A stretch of 63,261 bases of DNA, filler included, from Octopus bimaculoides (GCF_001194135.2; 5 parts of 4 records of this genome joined end to end with filler, not necessarily neighbours in it), one strand, 5' to 3'. Numbered from the whole stretch's first letter, positions 39,062 through 52,519 are shown. Numbers and translations: made by a program. Notes: generated by a model from the letters alone, not told the origin.

Positions 39062-39584
39062 ACACACACATATATATATATATAAAGAGAGAGCGAGATT
39101 AATGTCTCTTTTTGTGCAGCTAAAGGAAATTTATATTAATCTGACGGGTATCTCTATAATTTTTTATAGAGTACGAATTTGTTATTCTTACACAAGAATG
39201 TTGCTGACAGTGACTTCGAAGTGTAAGGGATGATGGCTTAGTACGCCGAAATTTTGAAGTCGTCAAGTCAACAGGATTCTTGTATAAGAATAATCTGTCA
39301 AGCACGCAGTGACCGAGAAGAGAATATTATAGTCGAGTCTAATGCGTGTCTGACAATATATGTCTAGGTTGCGAATAAAAGTGCGAGGGTACCGTGGCCG
39401 TTTGTGTGGTGGTTGTGTTTCATTGCTTAATTTTTCAAACATCATCAACCAATGAGCGATAGTTTGGCATGGAGCTGGCTTCATGCGTGCTTGTTCTGTT
39501 TCACGAGTCGAAGTGAAAGAGAAAACTAATGCGTGTACATCTGTGTGTATGTGGGTGAGTGTATGTATGTGTGCGCGCTTGTTC

Positions 39585-39629
<45 letters not shown>

Positions 39630-39634
39630 TGTGT

Positions 39635-39793
39635 GCGAGCATGTTCTGTTTTTATGTATTTATGTGTGTGGAGGAAGCTACTGAGTGTACGTGTGTGTGT
39701 GTATGTGTGTGTGTGTGTGCGCGTGTGTGCGTGCGAGCGTGTTCTGTTTTTATGTATTGTTGTGTGCGGTGGAAGCTACTGAGTGTACGTGTG

Positions 39794-39833
<40 letters not shown>

Positions 39834-39885
39834 CATGTGTGCGTGAGTGAGCGAGCGTGTTTTGTTCTTATGTATTGATGTGTGT
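39635..39885 (+). repeat. ~100-120 bp minisatellite with embedded (GT)n
   Basis: Unit gcgagc(a/g)tgttctgtttttatgtatt...ggaagctactgagtgtac(gt)n starts at 39635, 39733 and 39851. Confidence 0.7.
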
Positions 39886-41697
39886 GGAATGTAGATATAA
39901 CAAAACCAACGTCTCATTCTAAATTTGAGAAAAGCCTTGCTTATTTGTTCTTATCTGCTTCACTTTTCTATGTAAAATCCATAAACTTCCAAGAAGAAAA
40001 CGAGATCAATGTTGAAAAAGCCGTATTAGTTATAATAGCCCATTTGGGCTTTTTTTTTAACCACCAAAGAGCCGAAATATTGCAGCATGCATTAAAATGC
40101 CGAAATATTGCGACATGCATGGAGAAAAGAAAAAAATATAAATTAACACTTATTAAAGGAAGTACGAAAGAAATGAATATAAATGATATTGGTTTCTATT
40201 AATTTTAAAGCTAAATTAAACAAAATCTGTGAGACTATACATGAAAACTCCTGTGCGACCCCCCCCCCCCACACACACACACATACACGCACAACCATGC
40301 ATCACTATCAATTCTCTAATTGGGCTCCGCACTTCCTAGCACCAACCCTGCCTCATGTATGGTTTCCACTTATATACAACTTTCTTTCTTGAACCTTGTA
40401 CCATCTGAAGCCCTACCCTTTTTGTTTGAACTGTTAGATATAATAGAAGTAATCCCTTAAAATATACCCAACTGTCTTTAAAAAGAGGAGGATATACTAT
40501 AGTTTAACATATGAGCATCATGTTTATAAGACAAAGAACACGTAATACTAAGTTGGAACATCTTTGTCGATAGGTCTGTCTGTGAGTGGGAGATAATATG
40601 AGACCATGCAACACCCACAACGAAGACAATAACAACAACTTTTAAAACATACTTGTAAATGTCTTCAATGCTTTCTTTAACATCTTTAACATATTTTCTT
40701 ACGTTTTCTTACATTCGGATAGAAATAGTAACTGGTGCATAAAATTGTGATTGTCCAGTTCCCAGCCACTGCTTAATAACTGCTGTTGGTTGCTTTACTT
40801 TCACATAAATTAGTGGCTCGGCCAAAGGGCCCGATAAAATAAGTACCTAGCTTAGCAGCAGTCCAGGGTTTGAGACGAGTACAAGATAAAAATTTCGACA
40901 TATCTAAAACATAATTGTATCTCCGCTTCCACCACACTCACACAAATACGAACGTACAAACACGCACATACATACAAGTTCACAAGTACATATACATATG
41001 TCTCTGTGGTTTCATTTTCTAAGGAAAAGGGACTGCGTGCACAACTAATATTAACCAATTATCAACCAAATTAATGATATTATTCTATTTACGAATATTA
41101 TTCCTTATTAAAAACATATATTCAGTTATTTCGCAAAACAACTTTTTACATCCAAACAAAGTTTGTCTATTCCAGAAATTTCTTATCAATATCAATATAT
41201 TCTTTATCGATTGCCAGAATTTCACAAATCATCTTGTTTTAGTACCATTTCCGTTATCAGTCGCAACTGTTTTTTTTTTCTTTTTACTTTCCTTTATTTT
41301 TATCTTTTTCGGCAATCTATTCTATATTTTCATTAGTTCGTCGGACGGATAAAAAAAAGTGTATGGGAAAATAGTCTCTCTTTCTATGTTTCACTTAAAA
41401 AAAAAAACAAACAAACAAACAAAAAGAAAAAATCTTTCGCAACAAAATACTTCTTGCTATACTTCAACAATATTTTCATCTATGTCTCTCTCTCTCTGTC
41501 TCTCTCTCGCTCTCATATGTGAGTGTGTGTGTCTATGGTAATGTGTGTATCTATATCTAACTATCTTCTCTCTCTCTCCCTCTCCATATATATATATNNN
41601 NNNNNNNNNNNNNNNNNNNNNNNNNNNNNNNNNNNNNNNNNTTAATTAATTAANNNNNNNNNNNNNNNNNNNNNNNNNNNNNNNNNNNNNNNNNNNN

Positions 41698-41749
<52 letters not shown>

Positions 41750-42013
41750 GTGTGTGTGTCCGTGTGTGTGTGTGTCCGTGTGTGTGTGTGTCCGCGCACG
41801 TGCGTGCGCGCGCATGTTCGAGCAAGATGATAGGAAGGAAACAGCGAGTAATAAATGCTATTGGAATGTAGGTGCTATACAGAACATTTGGGCTGGACTT
41901 CTACAGATATGAAAGGATTGGATATCGTGCAATAATGATAATGATATTCGAGATATTATGACTAATATATATATATATATTGATGCTATATAATAGACAT
42001 ACACACACACACG

Positions 42014-42067
<54 letters not shown>

Positions 42068-43566
42068 GAGTATATGCATATATATGTACATGTATGTACA
42101 TACCTTCATCTACATGTATATATAGATGCATATCTGGGTACATGACGTTGCAAAAAATAACATGGACAAAATGATAAACGGTACAGAAAACACACAGGCC
42201 ACATAGAGAACATTTCCTTCATCAGCTGCCACCATTATAACACTGGTGTTTCGAAGAGTTAGGGCAGGACGCATCGTTAAAATGGCTCTTCCCACGGACA
42301 CAAATTAAATTTGTTCCATAGAGGATAGTGGCGGACGGAAAACAAGACAGGAAAACGAAACAGTGAAATAAACAAACAAAAAAGGCTATACGGCCAGACG
42401 TGAAAAAGTATGTGTATATTGAAATACCTAATTATTTTCAGTTGGTATGCTTAGTTTACTGAGGAGTCTCGAGGGAATGAGAAGCTGTTCAACAAATACT
42501 ACCTAATACAAGTATAAACAAGAAAAAGACTCGATGTGCGCATTAGAGTAATACATATTCCTTTGGTTAGAGCAGAAGATTAGCTGGTGACATTACTTTC
42601 CATAGTTTCGCTGTCGAAACTATGGAAAATAAGTCTGTGATAATTACTTATATAGTTAATCATTATAAATTTTACGCAATAATTGACATTTAGTTTCGAG
42701 GCACATGTAGCTATATTTTAAATATGTATACATTGTTTATTATTTGGGGTGGGAAAATAAGGAGTGAATGTCAAATTATGCGGCTAGTATTCTTTGTAGT
42801 TTAATATTGAAGGGATTCATCAGGAAGGAGAAAACGTTATGGCTACCTCCGAATGACTGGATCACAGAATGTAATTAAATACCACAAAGCATTGTCTCTG
42901 AAGCTCTACCGGTTCTGCGTATACTACCTTACAGTGCATTAACTTGATAATTTTTTATATTACCTATAAAAACCTTGCAAGCACGGACTCAAAGTTGGAA
43001 AATAAATTTTTGGTATTTACATTACATTGTTAATACCCTATTCACATAACTTTAGTAACTAATTTTTTAACATAGCCACAAACAGTAATAAATCTTAATT
43101 TTGCGTGGTAAACATTTGCGAGTAATTAATGTGGAGTTTCATGCTTTTTGTAGTATTATGAAATTAGAATTCTACTTTATATCAATTTATTTTAAATATA
43201 TTTTACAAAAGACTTTTTTTTTTCTTAGATATTTTTCATCAATACAAATTTTCTTATTAATAGGTTCGTGTTTAAAATCTTCACTTCAACTTATAAATTC
43301 ATAGTTATAGATACATTGTGTTAAAGTGAAGCACTCACATAAACATGGTATTTTACTGTCAGCCCATACATTAAAATTCACTGTAGGCGTTTCATGGAAT
43401 TACAAGAGTGCTTTATTCTAATTGCAGTGTTTCGGTTTTCTAACATTTTGAAATATCTGATCCATTTTCTTTCACTAATACTTCTACAACGTCCTCCTGG
43501 ACACGATTAAAAACAACTTAAATACACCATATTTACATATGCATATACATACACACATAAGTGATC

Positions 43567-43620
<54 letters not shown>

Positions 43621-43831
43621 NNNNNNNNNNNNNNNNNNNNNNNNNNNNNNNNNNNNNNNNNNNNNNNNNNNNNNNNNNNNNNNNNNNNNNNNNNNNNNNN
43701 NNNNNNNNNTATATATATATATATATATATGTATATAATATATATACTACATAGGTGGAAAATCGGTGCGTGTTTGTTTGTGGCGCTGTTAGCTAACTTC
43801 TCCTAGATCGTTTTATTGATTTTAATGCAAC

Positions 43832-44255
43832 TTGACACGTGAGTAGAACTCATGTCTGGAAACCTCGGGACACCTTGTTGAAAAAATCGATAATACGGCC
43901 CCTGGAAGGGACCTTTATATCTACCTCATATAACTATTTTTTAAACATCCAAGGGAAATAAGCCATAGCACCTACACAATATATTTTAAACACTCAAGGG
44001 AAATAACCTATTTCATTCTTTATGTTCGATTACTTTGAATATTGATTTTTTTTGTGTGTCCAATTTCTAATTTTTGCAGACAATATCACTTTATTTGACA
44101 GGTGAGTAGAACTCATGTCTGGAAACCTCGTGACATACTTATATTGTTGAAAAAAAATCGATAATAGGGCCCCTCCAATGGATCCTTCTATCTACTACAT
44201 ATTAGTAATATTTTATTTAAGCAACCCAAGGTAAATAACCCATACCACCTGCAGT
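43832..44255 (+). repeat. Diverged local tandem duplication, period 263 bp
   Basis: ttgaca(c/g)gtgagtagaactcatgtctggaaacctcg...gttgaaaaaatcgataata.ggcccct...caagg.aaataa.ccata.cacct at 43832 and 44095. Confidence 0.85.
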
Positions 44256-45058
44256 TTTTAGCGAAGCGATCAATATTTGATTCTCCCGACCAGCCGACCT
44301 AATGCTGCATTTCACTACTCACGGTTTTGAACTGCTAAACATTATTATTGCACTTCCTTAATTTGAATCTTAAACCTTAAAGACTTCATTCATACATTTC
44401 TATACATACATACGTTTTTGAATGCCCATTACTCCGATAATTCTGCATTTTTACGCTTTTTCCATGACAGTAAATAATTTTTTTAATCCATAACGTATTT
44501 GTAGTGGCTTCATGCAGGTATAGCATGGATTCGATCCTCGATCGCCAAATTTCACTTAACACTTCAACAGCGCTTTTCTCACGGTCAAACAATAATTTTT
44601 CTGTGAATGACAGCAGTTATACATTTCCCAGATGCCTTCGCTAAGCAGAATAATGTCTTTGCCACTTGACCCTTCTAACCTCTTCATGCCCAGGTGTGGT
44701 AGTGTGGTAGAAAGCTTGCTTCCCAACCACATGGTTCCGGTTTCAGTCTCACTGCGTGGCACCTTGGACAAGTGTCTTCTACTATATCCTCGGATCGACC
44801 ATAACCGTATATGGTAGACGGAAATTGAAAGCATGGCTACAGTCTAATGACTGAAACAAAAGAAATACATACATACATACATATATACATCGACTTGAAC
44901 CAGTATCCAAGTAATATTATAAATCCAAAGATGAGTAACTATATCGAGAGTAAACTGAGACAGCATTAAATTTTCAATAATATTCTGATATACTGAAAAG
45001 CTATATTACACATTTGTCGCCATTTTTAGGAAAGGTCTATTGACCATAAAATTTGTGA

Positions 45059-45124
<66 letters not shown>

Positions 45125-46447
45125 TATTATTATCATCATCATCATCATCATCATCTTCACTGATTTATCGAGTTCCTTTGAACGAAGATACACCAGGGGA
45201 TTACTACTTTTCCTGCATAATCGATTAGATGTAAATATGAATGATAACACATTGGTTAATAAATTTTGTTGTCAATGTTTGATTTATTATCATAAAGGAA
45301 ATCAAATTTTCGAAGATGTACGACTTTTCATCACGAAAAATACGTTTGTGAAAATTTTCCAAATACGATAGTATTACTCTAAATGTGTGACGAAGCAGTA
45401 AGTTGCTAGGATAACGAAAAGGGCAGTTTCACCATTACTTGAGGACCATCGCAAACAAGCTTTGGTAAAGCGTGTGAAAATCTCATCGAAAATCAATCAT
45501 TGATGTGACTTTTAAAACATTTCTGAAATAAGTTTTATGGTAGTTTTGTATCTCGAGAGGTTTTCATTGGAAATTTGATAAGGATACTTGATTAATGTAT
45601 TTCAGACATTTTCCTACCACGTGACATATTGTCTTCAAAATCTTAGTAATCGTTTGTTTTTGTCTAAGTATACGTGTGCCGAAAGTGTGTGGTCGATTTG
45701 ACCGATGTCAATAAAAGGGTTAGAGCGATTTTATGAACTTCCAAAACATGGAATAACGTGAGAGCCGCTTTGCTAAATCTCCCTGCCTTCATCGCACTTT
45801 ACTTTCATAAAACGGCAAGTGCATATTGGATGTTATAGAGCTTGAAATAAAAACACATTACAGTCATAGCTAGAACTCCTTTTCTCATAGAACCTGAGGT
45901 TAACAACAACCACATCAGTAAATGTAGAAAGGGATGGTTTCAAACCAGAGGCCGTAATGTACCTAGTCTGGCTCACTATCTGCTGTCTGAAATTCTATGA
46001 CTAAGTACCATTACGATTTTCTCTGATTAGGCACAAGGCCAATTTTTGTAAACAATTAGGTATCAATAACTTAATTAATGCAAGTGGTTCTAATTGATCT
46101 AAACTTACGAAATAAAAATCAACTCAGCAATTCTTCCGTTGTTTCTCTTTCTGCTATTGGAAGACCATCAAATCTTAACGATTTTTTACATTAGCGCAAA
46201 TCTACGAATTTATACGGGAAGATTTTAACCTATTAATGGACCCCATAACATAACTAGTAATATTTTATTGTCGCCGGTGGGATGAAGGGAAAAGGTCTCA
46301 CGTATGCGATTTGCTATCACTTCATGGAAGGGCGAATCTAAATGCTGTCCGGCATTTAGTCTGAAGCTGTATCACTGCTTCCATTCCACTGCATTTCTTT
46401 CAAAGACGCCATCATAACAATTATACTGAACTTACAATGGAAAAAGT

Positions 46448-46736
46448 GGAGGCGCAATGGCCCAGTGGTTAGGGCAGCGGACTCGCGGTCTTAGGATCGC
46501 GGTTTCGATTCCCAGACCGGGCGTTGTGAGTGTTTATTGAGCGAAAACACCTAAAGCTCCACGAGGCTCCGACAGGGGATGGTGGTGAACCCTGCGGTAC
46601 TCTTCCACCACAACTTTCTCTCATTCTTACTTCTTGTTTCTGTTGTGCCTGTAATTCAAAGGGTCAGCCTTGTCACACTGTGTCACGCTGAATATCCCCG
46701 AGAACTACGTTAAGGGTACACGTGTCTGTGGAGTGC
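46448..46736 (+). mobile_element. tRNA-derived SINE (family C head, different middle, shared 3' tail)
   Basis: ggaggcgcaatggcccagtggttagggcagcggactcgcggtcttaggatcgcggtttcgattcccagaccgggcg has intact A and B boxes; tail gtcacactgtgtcacgctgaatatccccgagaactacgttaagggtacacgtgtctgtggagtgc runs into a gap. Confidence 0.85.
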
Positions 46737-47826
46737 NNNNNNNNNNNNNNNNNNNNNNNNNNNNNNNNNNNNNNNNNNNNNNNNNNNNNNNNNNNNNNNN
46801 NNNNNNNNNNNNNNNNNNNNNNNNNNNNNNNNNNNNNNNNNNNNNNNNNNNNNNNNNNNNNNNNNNNNNNNNNNNNNNNNNNNNNNNNNNNNNNNNNNNN
46901 NNNNNNNNNNNNNNNNNNNNNNNNNNNNNNNNNNNNNNNNNNNNNNNNNNNNNNNNNNNNNNNNNNNNNNNNNNNNNNNNNNNNNNNNNNNNNNNNNNNN
47001 NNNNNNNNNNNNNNNNNNNNNNNNNNNNNNNNNNNNNNNNNNNNNNNNNNNNNNNNNNNNNNNNNNNNNNNNNNNNNNNNNNNNNNNNNNNNNNNNNNNN
47101 NNNNNNNNNNNNNNNNNNNNNNNNNNNNNNNNNNNNNNNNNNNNNNNNNNNNNNNNNNNNNNNNNNNNNNNNNNNNNNNNNNNNNNNNNNNNNNNNNNNN
47201 NNNNNNNNNNNNNNNNNNNNNNNNNNNNNNNNNNNNNNNNNNNNNNNNNNNNNNNNNNNNNNNNNNNNNNNNNNNNNNNNNNNNNNNNNNNNNNNNNNNN
47301 NNNNNNNNNNNNNNNNNNNNNNNNNNNNNNNNNNNNNNNNNNNNNNNNNNNNNNNNNNNNNNNNNNNNNNNNNNNNNNNNNNNNNNNNNNNNNNNNNNNN
47401 NNNNNNNNNNNNNNNNNNNNNNNNNNNNNNNNNNNNNNNNNNNNNNNNNNNNNNNNNNNNNNNNNNNNNNNNNNNNNNNNNNNNNNNNNNNNNNNNNNNN
47501 NNNNNNNNNNNNNNNNNNNNNNNNNNNNNNNNNNNNNNNNNNNNNNNNNNNNNNNNNNNNNNNNNNNNNNNNNNNNNNNNNNNNNNNNNNNNNNNNNNNN
47601 NNNNNNNNNNNNNNNNNNNNNNNNNNNNNNNNNNNNNNNNNNNNNNNNNNNNNNNNNNNNNNNNNATATATATAAAAACAAGCATTCGTTTTACAAAAAA
47701 TTGTCTATTTCACATCGAATGCAATAGTAAAATAAGAAACTAATACAAATCAAATTGTTCTTTTTATTGTTCAACAAATATATTGCACGAAATATTTAGC
47801 TACACATCTTAGAATAGATAATTTTG

Positions 47827-48050
47827 TCACACTGGAGTTTCACCACGGCAGTCTCTTTGCAAACACCAGCAGTAGCCAGTCATCATGTTTGTGTTCCACT
47901 TACCTTGACATCTAGTCTCCATGGTCTTGATGTCTTGGTGGGATATTTTTCCTTGCTCATCACTCATTGCACCATGATTTTCAGGGTAGTCTGGATCAGT
48001 GCTCCGCAAGCTTTTCTCATTTGTGGTACACTTATATTTTTCTCAAAATT
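47827..48050 (-). mobile_element. Chapaev(3)-like DNA transposase C-terminal remnant
   Basis: DYPENHGAMSDEQGKISHQDIKTMETRCQGKWNTNMMTGYCWCLQRD matches the motif DFFPENLGAVSDEQGERFHQDI..ME.RYQG.W...MMADYCW.L.RD. Superfamily assignment from recall. Confidence 0.7.
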
Positions 48051-48104
48051 CCTGAACTAGAAATATAACTAAAAGTATAGGAAAAAAATTACATTCAGGT
48101 TACA

Positions 48105-48170
48105 ATGTGGCACACCTAGCATCGTCTCGTGGCATGCCAGTGTGCCTTGGAATGCCGGTTTCAGAGCAGC
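48105..48170 (+). mobile_element. hAT/Charlie-like terminal fragment
   Basis: ggcacacctagc...ggcatgccagtgtgccttggaatgccggtttcagagcag resembles the gcacaccagtgtgccgcggcacac.ggttgagaaacactg end type. Confidence 0.4.
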
Positions 48171-49124
48171 AGTCTAGTTGACTGTACAGAAAATGTACTT
48201 TTACACTCATGTGCAGCCCAGTGCTCGAAACTGCTTAACGGGGTTTTCACAAGTTCTTCCTAATTTGACGACTTCCTGTTTCCCAGGAAATCAGACACAG
48301 TTTTCTGGATTGTATTCACACTCAATAGCAACCTTTAGGCTTTTAATAACAGTGCAGTAAATAAAATCTTCATCTATGCTGAAGAATGGAAGCAAATTAT
48401 TCTCTTGATGTCTATAAAAGGTGATTTTGGCTCCCGCTGTAAGTAGATTCTTTTCTTTTCAATGTGACCAAAGCACTATACATAACCAAAGCACTATACC
48501 CTAGGCGTAACAGCCGGAAACTGACGCGGCCTACTGGCGAAAAAGTTTCCACGCCTACACAGAAAAGGTTGCTTCCCCCCCCCCCCCNNNNNNNNNNNNN
48601 NNNNNNNNNNNNNNNNNNNNNNNNNNNNNNNNNNNNNNNNNNNNNNNNNNNNNNNNNNNNNNNNNNNNNNNNNNNNNNNNNNNNNNNNNNNNNNNNNNNN
48701 NNNNNNNNNNNNNNNNNNNNNNNNNNNNNNNNNNNNNNNNNNNNNNNNNNNNNNNNNNNNNNNNNNNNNNNNNNNNNNNNNNNNNNNNNNNNNNNNNNNN
48801 NNNNNNNNNNNNNNNNNNNNNNNNNNNNNNNNNNNNNNNNNNNNNNNNNNNNNNNNNNNNNNNNNNNNNNNNNNNNNNNNNNNNNNNNNNNNNNNNNNNN
48901 NNNNNNNNNNNNNNNNNNNNNNNNNNNNNNNNNNNNNNNNNNNNNNNNNNNNNNNNNNNNNNNTATATATATACGACGGGATTCTTTCAGTTTCCGTCTA
49001 CCAAATACACTCACAAGGCTTTGGTCGGCCCGAAGCTATAGTAGAAGACACTTGCGCAAAGTGATACGCAGTGGGACTGAACCCAGAACCATGTGGTTGG
49101 GAAGCAAACTTCTTATCACACAAC

Positions 49125-49155
<31 letters not shown>

Positions 49156-49525
49156 ATTATGTATGTATGTATGTATGTATGTATGTATGTACAAGGAGTT
49201 TCCAATACATCCCTCTACCGAATTTATTCACAAGGGATTTATCAGTCTAAGGTTACAGTAGAAGATGCTTGCCCCAAGTGCCACGCAGTAGAGCTGTACC
49301 CGAAACCACGATGTAATAAAGCGAACTGCTTAACCACACAAAGATATACCTGCACCTTAAATATAAAAATTATATCAAAATGTGTAACAAACTAGGAGAC
49401 AGACAGGTAGACAGACAAGCAGATAGGCAGAAAAGGAAGGCAGGCAGGCAGGCAGGCAGACAGGCAGGCAGACAGACAGGCAGGTAGATAGATAGATAGA
49501 TAGGTTTCTTTATTANNNNNNNNNN

Positions 49526-49587
<62 letters not shown>

Positions 49588-49699
49588 AGATATATAGCGT
49601 AGATAAACACCATGGTGAATCATGACATATTCCATACACTGACAGTGAGAATTTTCTGCACATTGTTTAATCAGCAAATACCGTACCAATCAATGCGAC

Positions 49700-49935
49700 T
49701 GAGGCGAACCAACGAATGGGTCCCTACCTTGTCGTTTGATATGCCAGAAATAGCAGCCAATTTCCACCATGTCATTATACAACATTCTTGAACATATATA
49801 AATATATATTGAAACAATGTAGTTCAGAGCATAAAATGCATGGAATAAACGATTGGATGGTCTGAGCAGGAATGCCGTTTTGATCATAGATATGTTGAAG
49901 CAGGATTGACATTAAGGTTAAACAACAGTAAAAAG
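49700..49935 (+). mobile_element. Dispersed repeat family D
   Basis: ccctacc...gtttga.(a/c)tg..aga(a/t)atag..g... at 49715 and 40405; tail gatcatag.t.tg.t.(g/a)a.cagg.ttga seen in reverse near 10385-10440 and 52790-52850. Confidence 0.5.
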
Positions 49936-50194
49936 AGATGAGTGAAACTATAAGACAGATAACAACTATGTGTTTTTATCACTTTTTTTTTTTTTTTTTT
50001 NNNNNNNNNNTAGTCTTTATTTCAGGCATATATCGTTTGCATAACAGACTGCTGTTTTGTATACTTTCAAGAGATCAGGTTTTATTTTGTCATCAATAAA
50101 TAATATAAAATTACTCCGATCCATCAATGCCACTGGAAATGTTTGTCGACGCAAATTCTAATAAAACCTACCGATTGTAAATGTTACTCATACG

Positions 50195-50273
<79 letters not shown>

Positions 50274-50686
50274 ATGTGTGTAAGCCATCGTTGCTTTTAA
50301 CGCAGAGACATGTTAAAAATATCTTTATTTGTAAAAGAGGTAAAAAAAAAAGGCATTTGATATAATATCTGATTGGGACACAGACGTTTAGATGGTTCAA
50401 TAAAACAGTTTCAAAGTAACTAATCAATAGATAAGTTATGATTGTTGCCAATGCTTTCCCAAGCAAACAGACCACTTGATACAGAGAAAATTGTGTCGGT
50501 TTTATTCCAACAGCTAAAGGCAGACGCTGATAACCCGAGACTGAAGGACGCTGGAGTGGATGTTTTGCAGTATTTAGTTTCCATTTAGTGTCTACCAACT
50601 TCATTCAAATTGGTAGTAATTTTTCATAGAAACGAAGAATCGAAAAGTAGAACGGAGGAATGTGCCAATGCCATACATTTATTCTA

Positions 50687-52095
50687 TTAAGGTGAAAAGA
50701 AAGTCCTGTCGCGATATCTACATGTTCATGTAAGTATTTTTTTTTTCAATATTTACGGTAAAATAAACAGTAAATTTTTGCATTCTAATGTGTGTTTTGT
50801 TTCTGTTATGTCTCAAGCTACTGCTATCTAGCACCTTCAGATGATCTCTACTCAACCGCTACACAACTGTTACTCGACTGCTACTCAACACCCCTACCAC
50901 GGCCAGACTACCTCTATTTATATGTCTTGGGAGATCCTACTTCTTCGCCTGGGGGCGTCGACACAACAGTTTCTTTCTTTCAAGTTAACTTTATACCGTA
51001 GTGGTTAAATTCTTATTGATGTTACTCTTTTAAAATGAGTTTAGATCAGACCCATATCAGATACTCCAATGAATTCAAAAGGAGATCTTCTGCAACGGAA
51101 GTGGCAAGAAATATTCGTTCTTTCTATGGGAATGAAGTATGGAAATGAAGCTTTAAGTGTCCGAACATGGCAACGATGGTGTGACCAGTTTCGTTTGGGA
51201 AACTATTCTCTTGTAAATTCCCATCGATCTGAACGACCGAACTCTGTCGATATTGATCTTCTGAAAACTGTAGTTGAGGAAAATCCAAAGCAAACAGCAC
51301 GAAAATTAGTGAAATAGTTCAATTCAAGTCACACTTTGATCATAAAACACCTTCATGAACTAGGAAAATGTCTAAATTTGGTCAGTGGATCCCTCATTCT
51401 CTGAGTGCTTCTTAGCTCAATCAAGGAGTTGCTCTCTGTTCGTCATTGAAAAGTAGAGGACTACCAAACCTTACCTGGGTAGAATCACCACAAATGATGA
51501 AAAGTGGTTTCTCAATAATCATATCCAACAAAAACAACAATGATTAGCACTTAATGAAAAAAGTTATGCTCTGTGTTTGGCGAGATATAAAGAGTGTCAT
51601 CTATCGTGAAATGTTAAACCAAAATAAAACAGTTGATGCAAAGTATTTTCCTCAATTAGAAACATTGCACAAAAAATTGACAGAAAAAGCACCCATCATT
51701 GGTTAATCGTAATGGGTGATGCTCCTACACGATAATACAAGATAATATATTGGCGAAGTCACCCAGGAAAAGATTATGGCTCTATATATGGAATTTCCTC
51801 GTCATCTTTCTAATTTTCCTAACCTTGCTCCATCTGGTTATCATCTTTTAAGATCATTGCAACGTTATTTAACAGGAAAATAGTCTATTTATAGTAAAGA
51901 GGTTAAAAATGATACTGAGCGCTTCTTTGCTTCGAAACTTGAAAAATTTTACACTCATGGGATCAACAATTTGCCAAACAAATGGTCTTATGTTATCAAT
52001 AATGAGAGGAAACATTATTGTGGTTAAATATATCAATCTCGACCACTTTGTTTCTTTCCCATCTTGAAATGCATAAGACTTTCTTTCCAGCTTGA
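50687..52095 (+). mobile_element. Full-length decayed mariner transposon (DD34D), TA-flanked
   Basis: TIRs ttaaggtgaaaagaaagtcctgt (50687-50709) and ataagactttctttccagcttga (52073-52095), each flanked by TA; broken transposase 51035-52027 with ALSVRTWQRW, WIPH, ITTNDEKW, KKVMLCVW, LLHDNTR, FPNLAPSGYHL. Confidence 0.9.
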
Positions 52096-52519
52096 TATTT
52101 TTCCTGGTACATACATAGTCTTAGCTCTGTTCCTAAAGAAACACACATACACACACTTACAAGAACACATAAATACACACAACATGCACACACACACACA
52201 CGTATGTATGTATGTATGTATGTATGTATGTATGTATGTATGTATGTATCCAAATAGAGAATTGATGTATTAACAAGGCATATATTCACAGTAATTAAAG
52301 GATCAATTAAAGGTTTCCTGATTAACATAACACAATATTGCTAATGATTTGGGCGGACACAGCTTTAAATTCAATTTAATTTAATTCAATTATTTACTAT
52401 GTATTATAATTAAGTAATTATATACTTAGTAGATGTTATGTTAATGAAACAGCTGTATGAAAAATATATGAAATTTATGCTTTTCTGCTTTTATGATAAA
52501 TTTATATATATACGCGCGC

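Noticed and set aside
39192-39294. Minus-strand 103-nt exon candidate with GTAAGA donor
   Set aside because: Open in one frame but ends in phase 0, incompatible with the 30077 micro-exon; no independent support.
42110-42301. ORF with cadherin-like VAADEG and a hydrophobic stretch
   Set aside because: It is a copy of repeat family E (ctgatgaaggaaatgttc...gtacccagatatgcat).
46448-46525. tRNA gene
   Set aside because: A and B boxes are present, but I cannot close a cloverleaf acceptor stem and the sequence continues into a tail shared with other SINE copies.
47904-48051. Minus-strand exon with perfect donor AAG|GTAAGT
   Set aside because: All frames from the acceptor hit stops, and the sequence is a Chapaev-like transposase relic.
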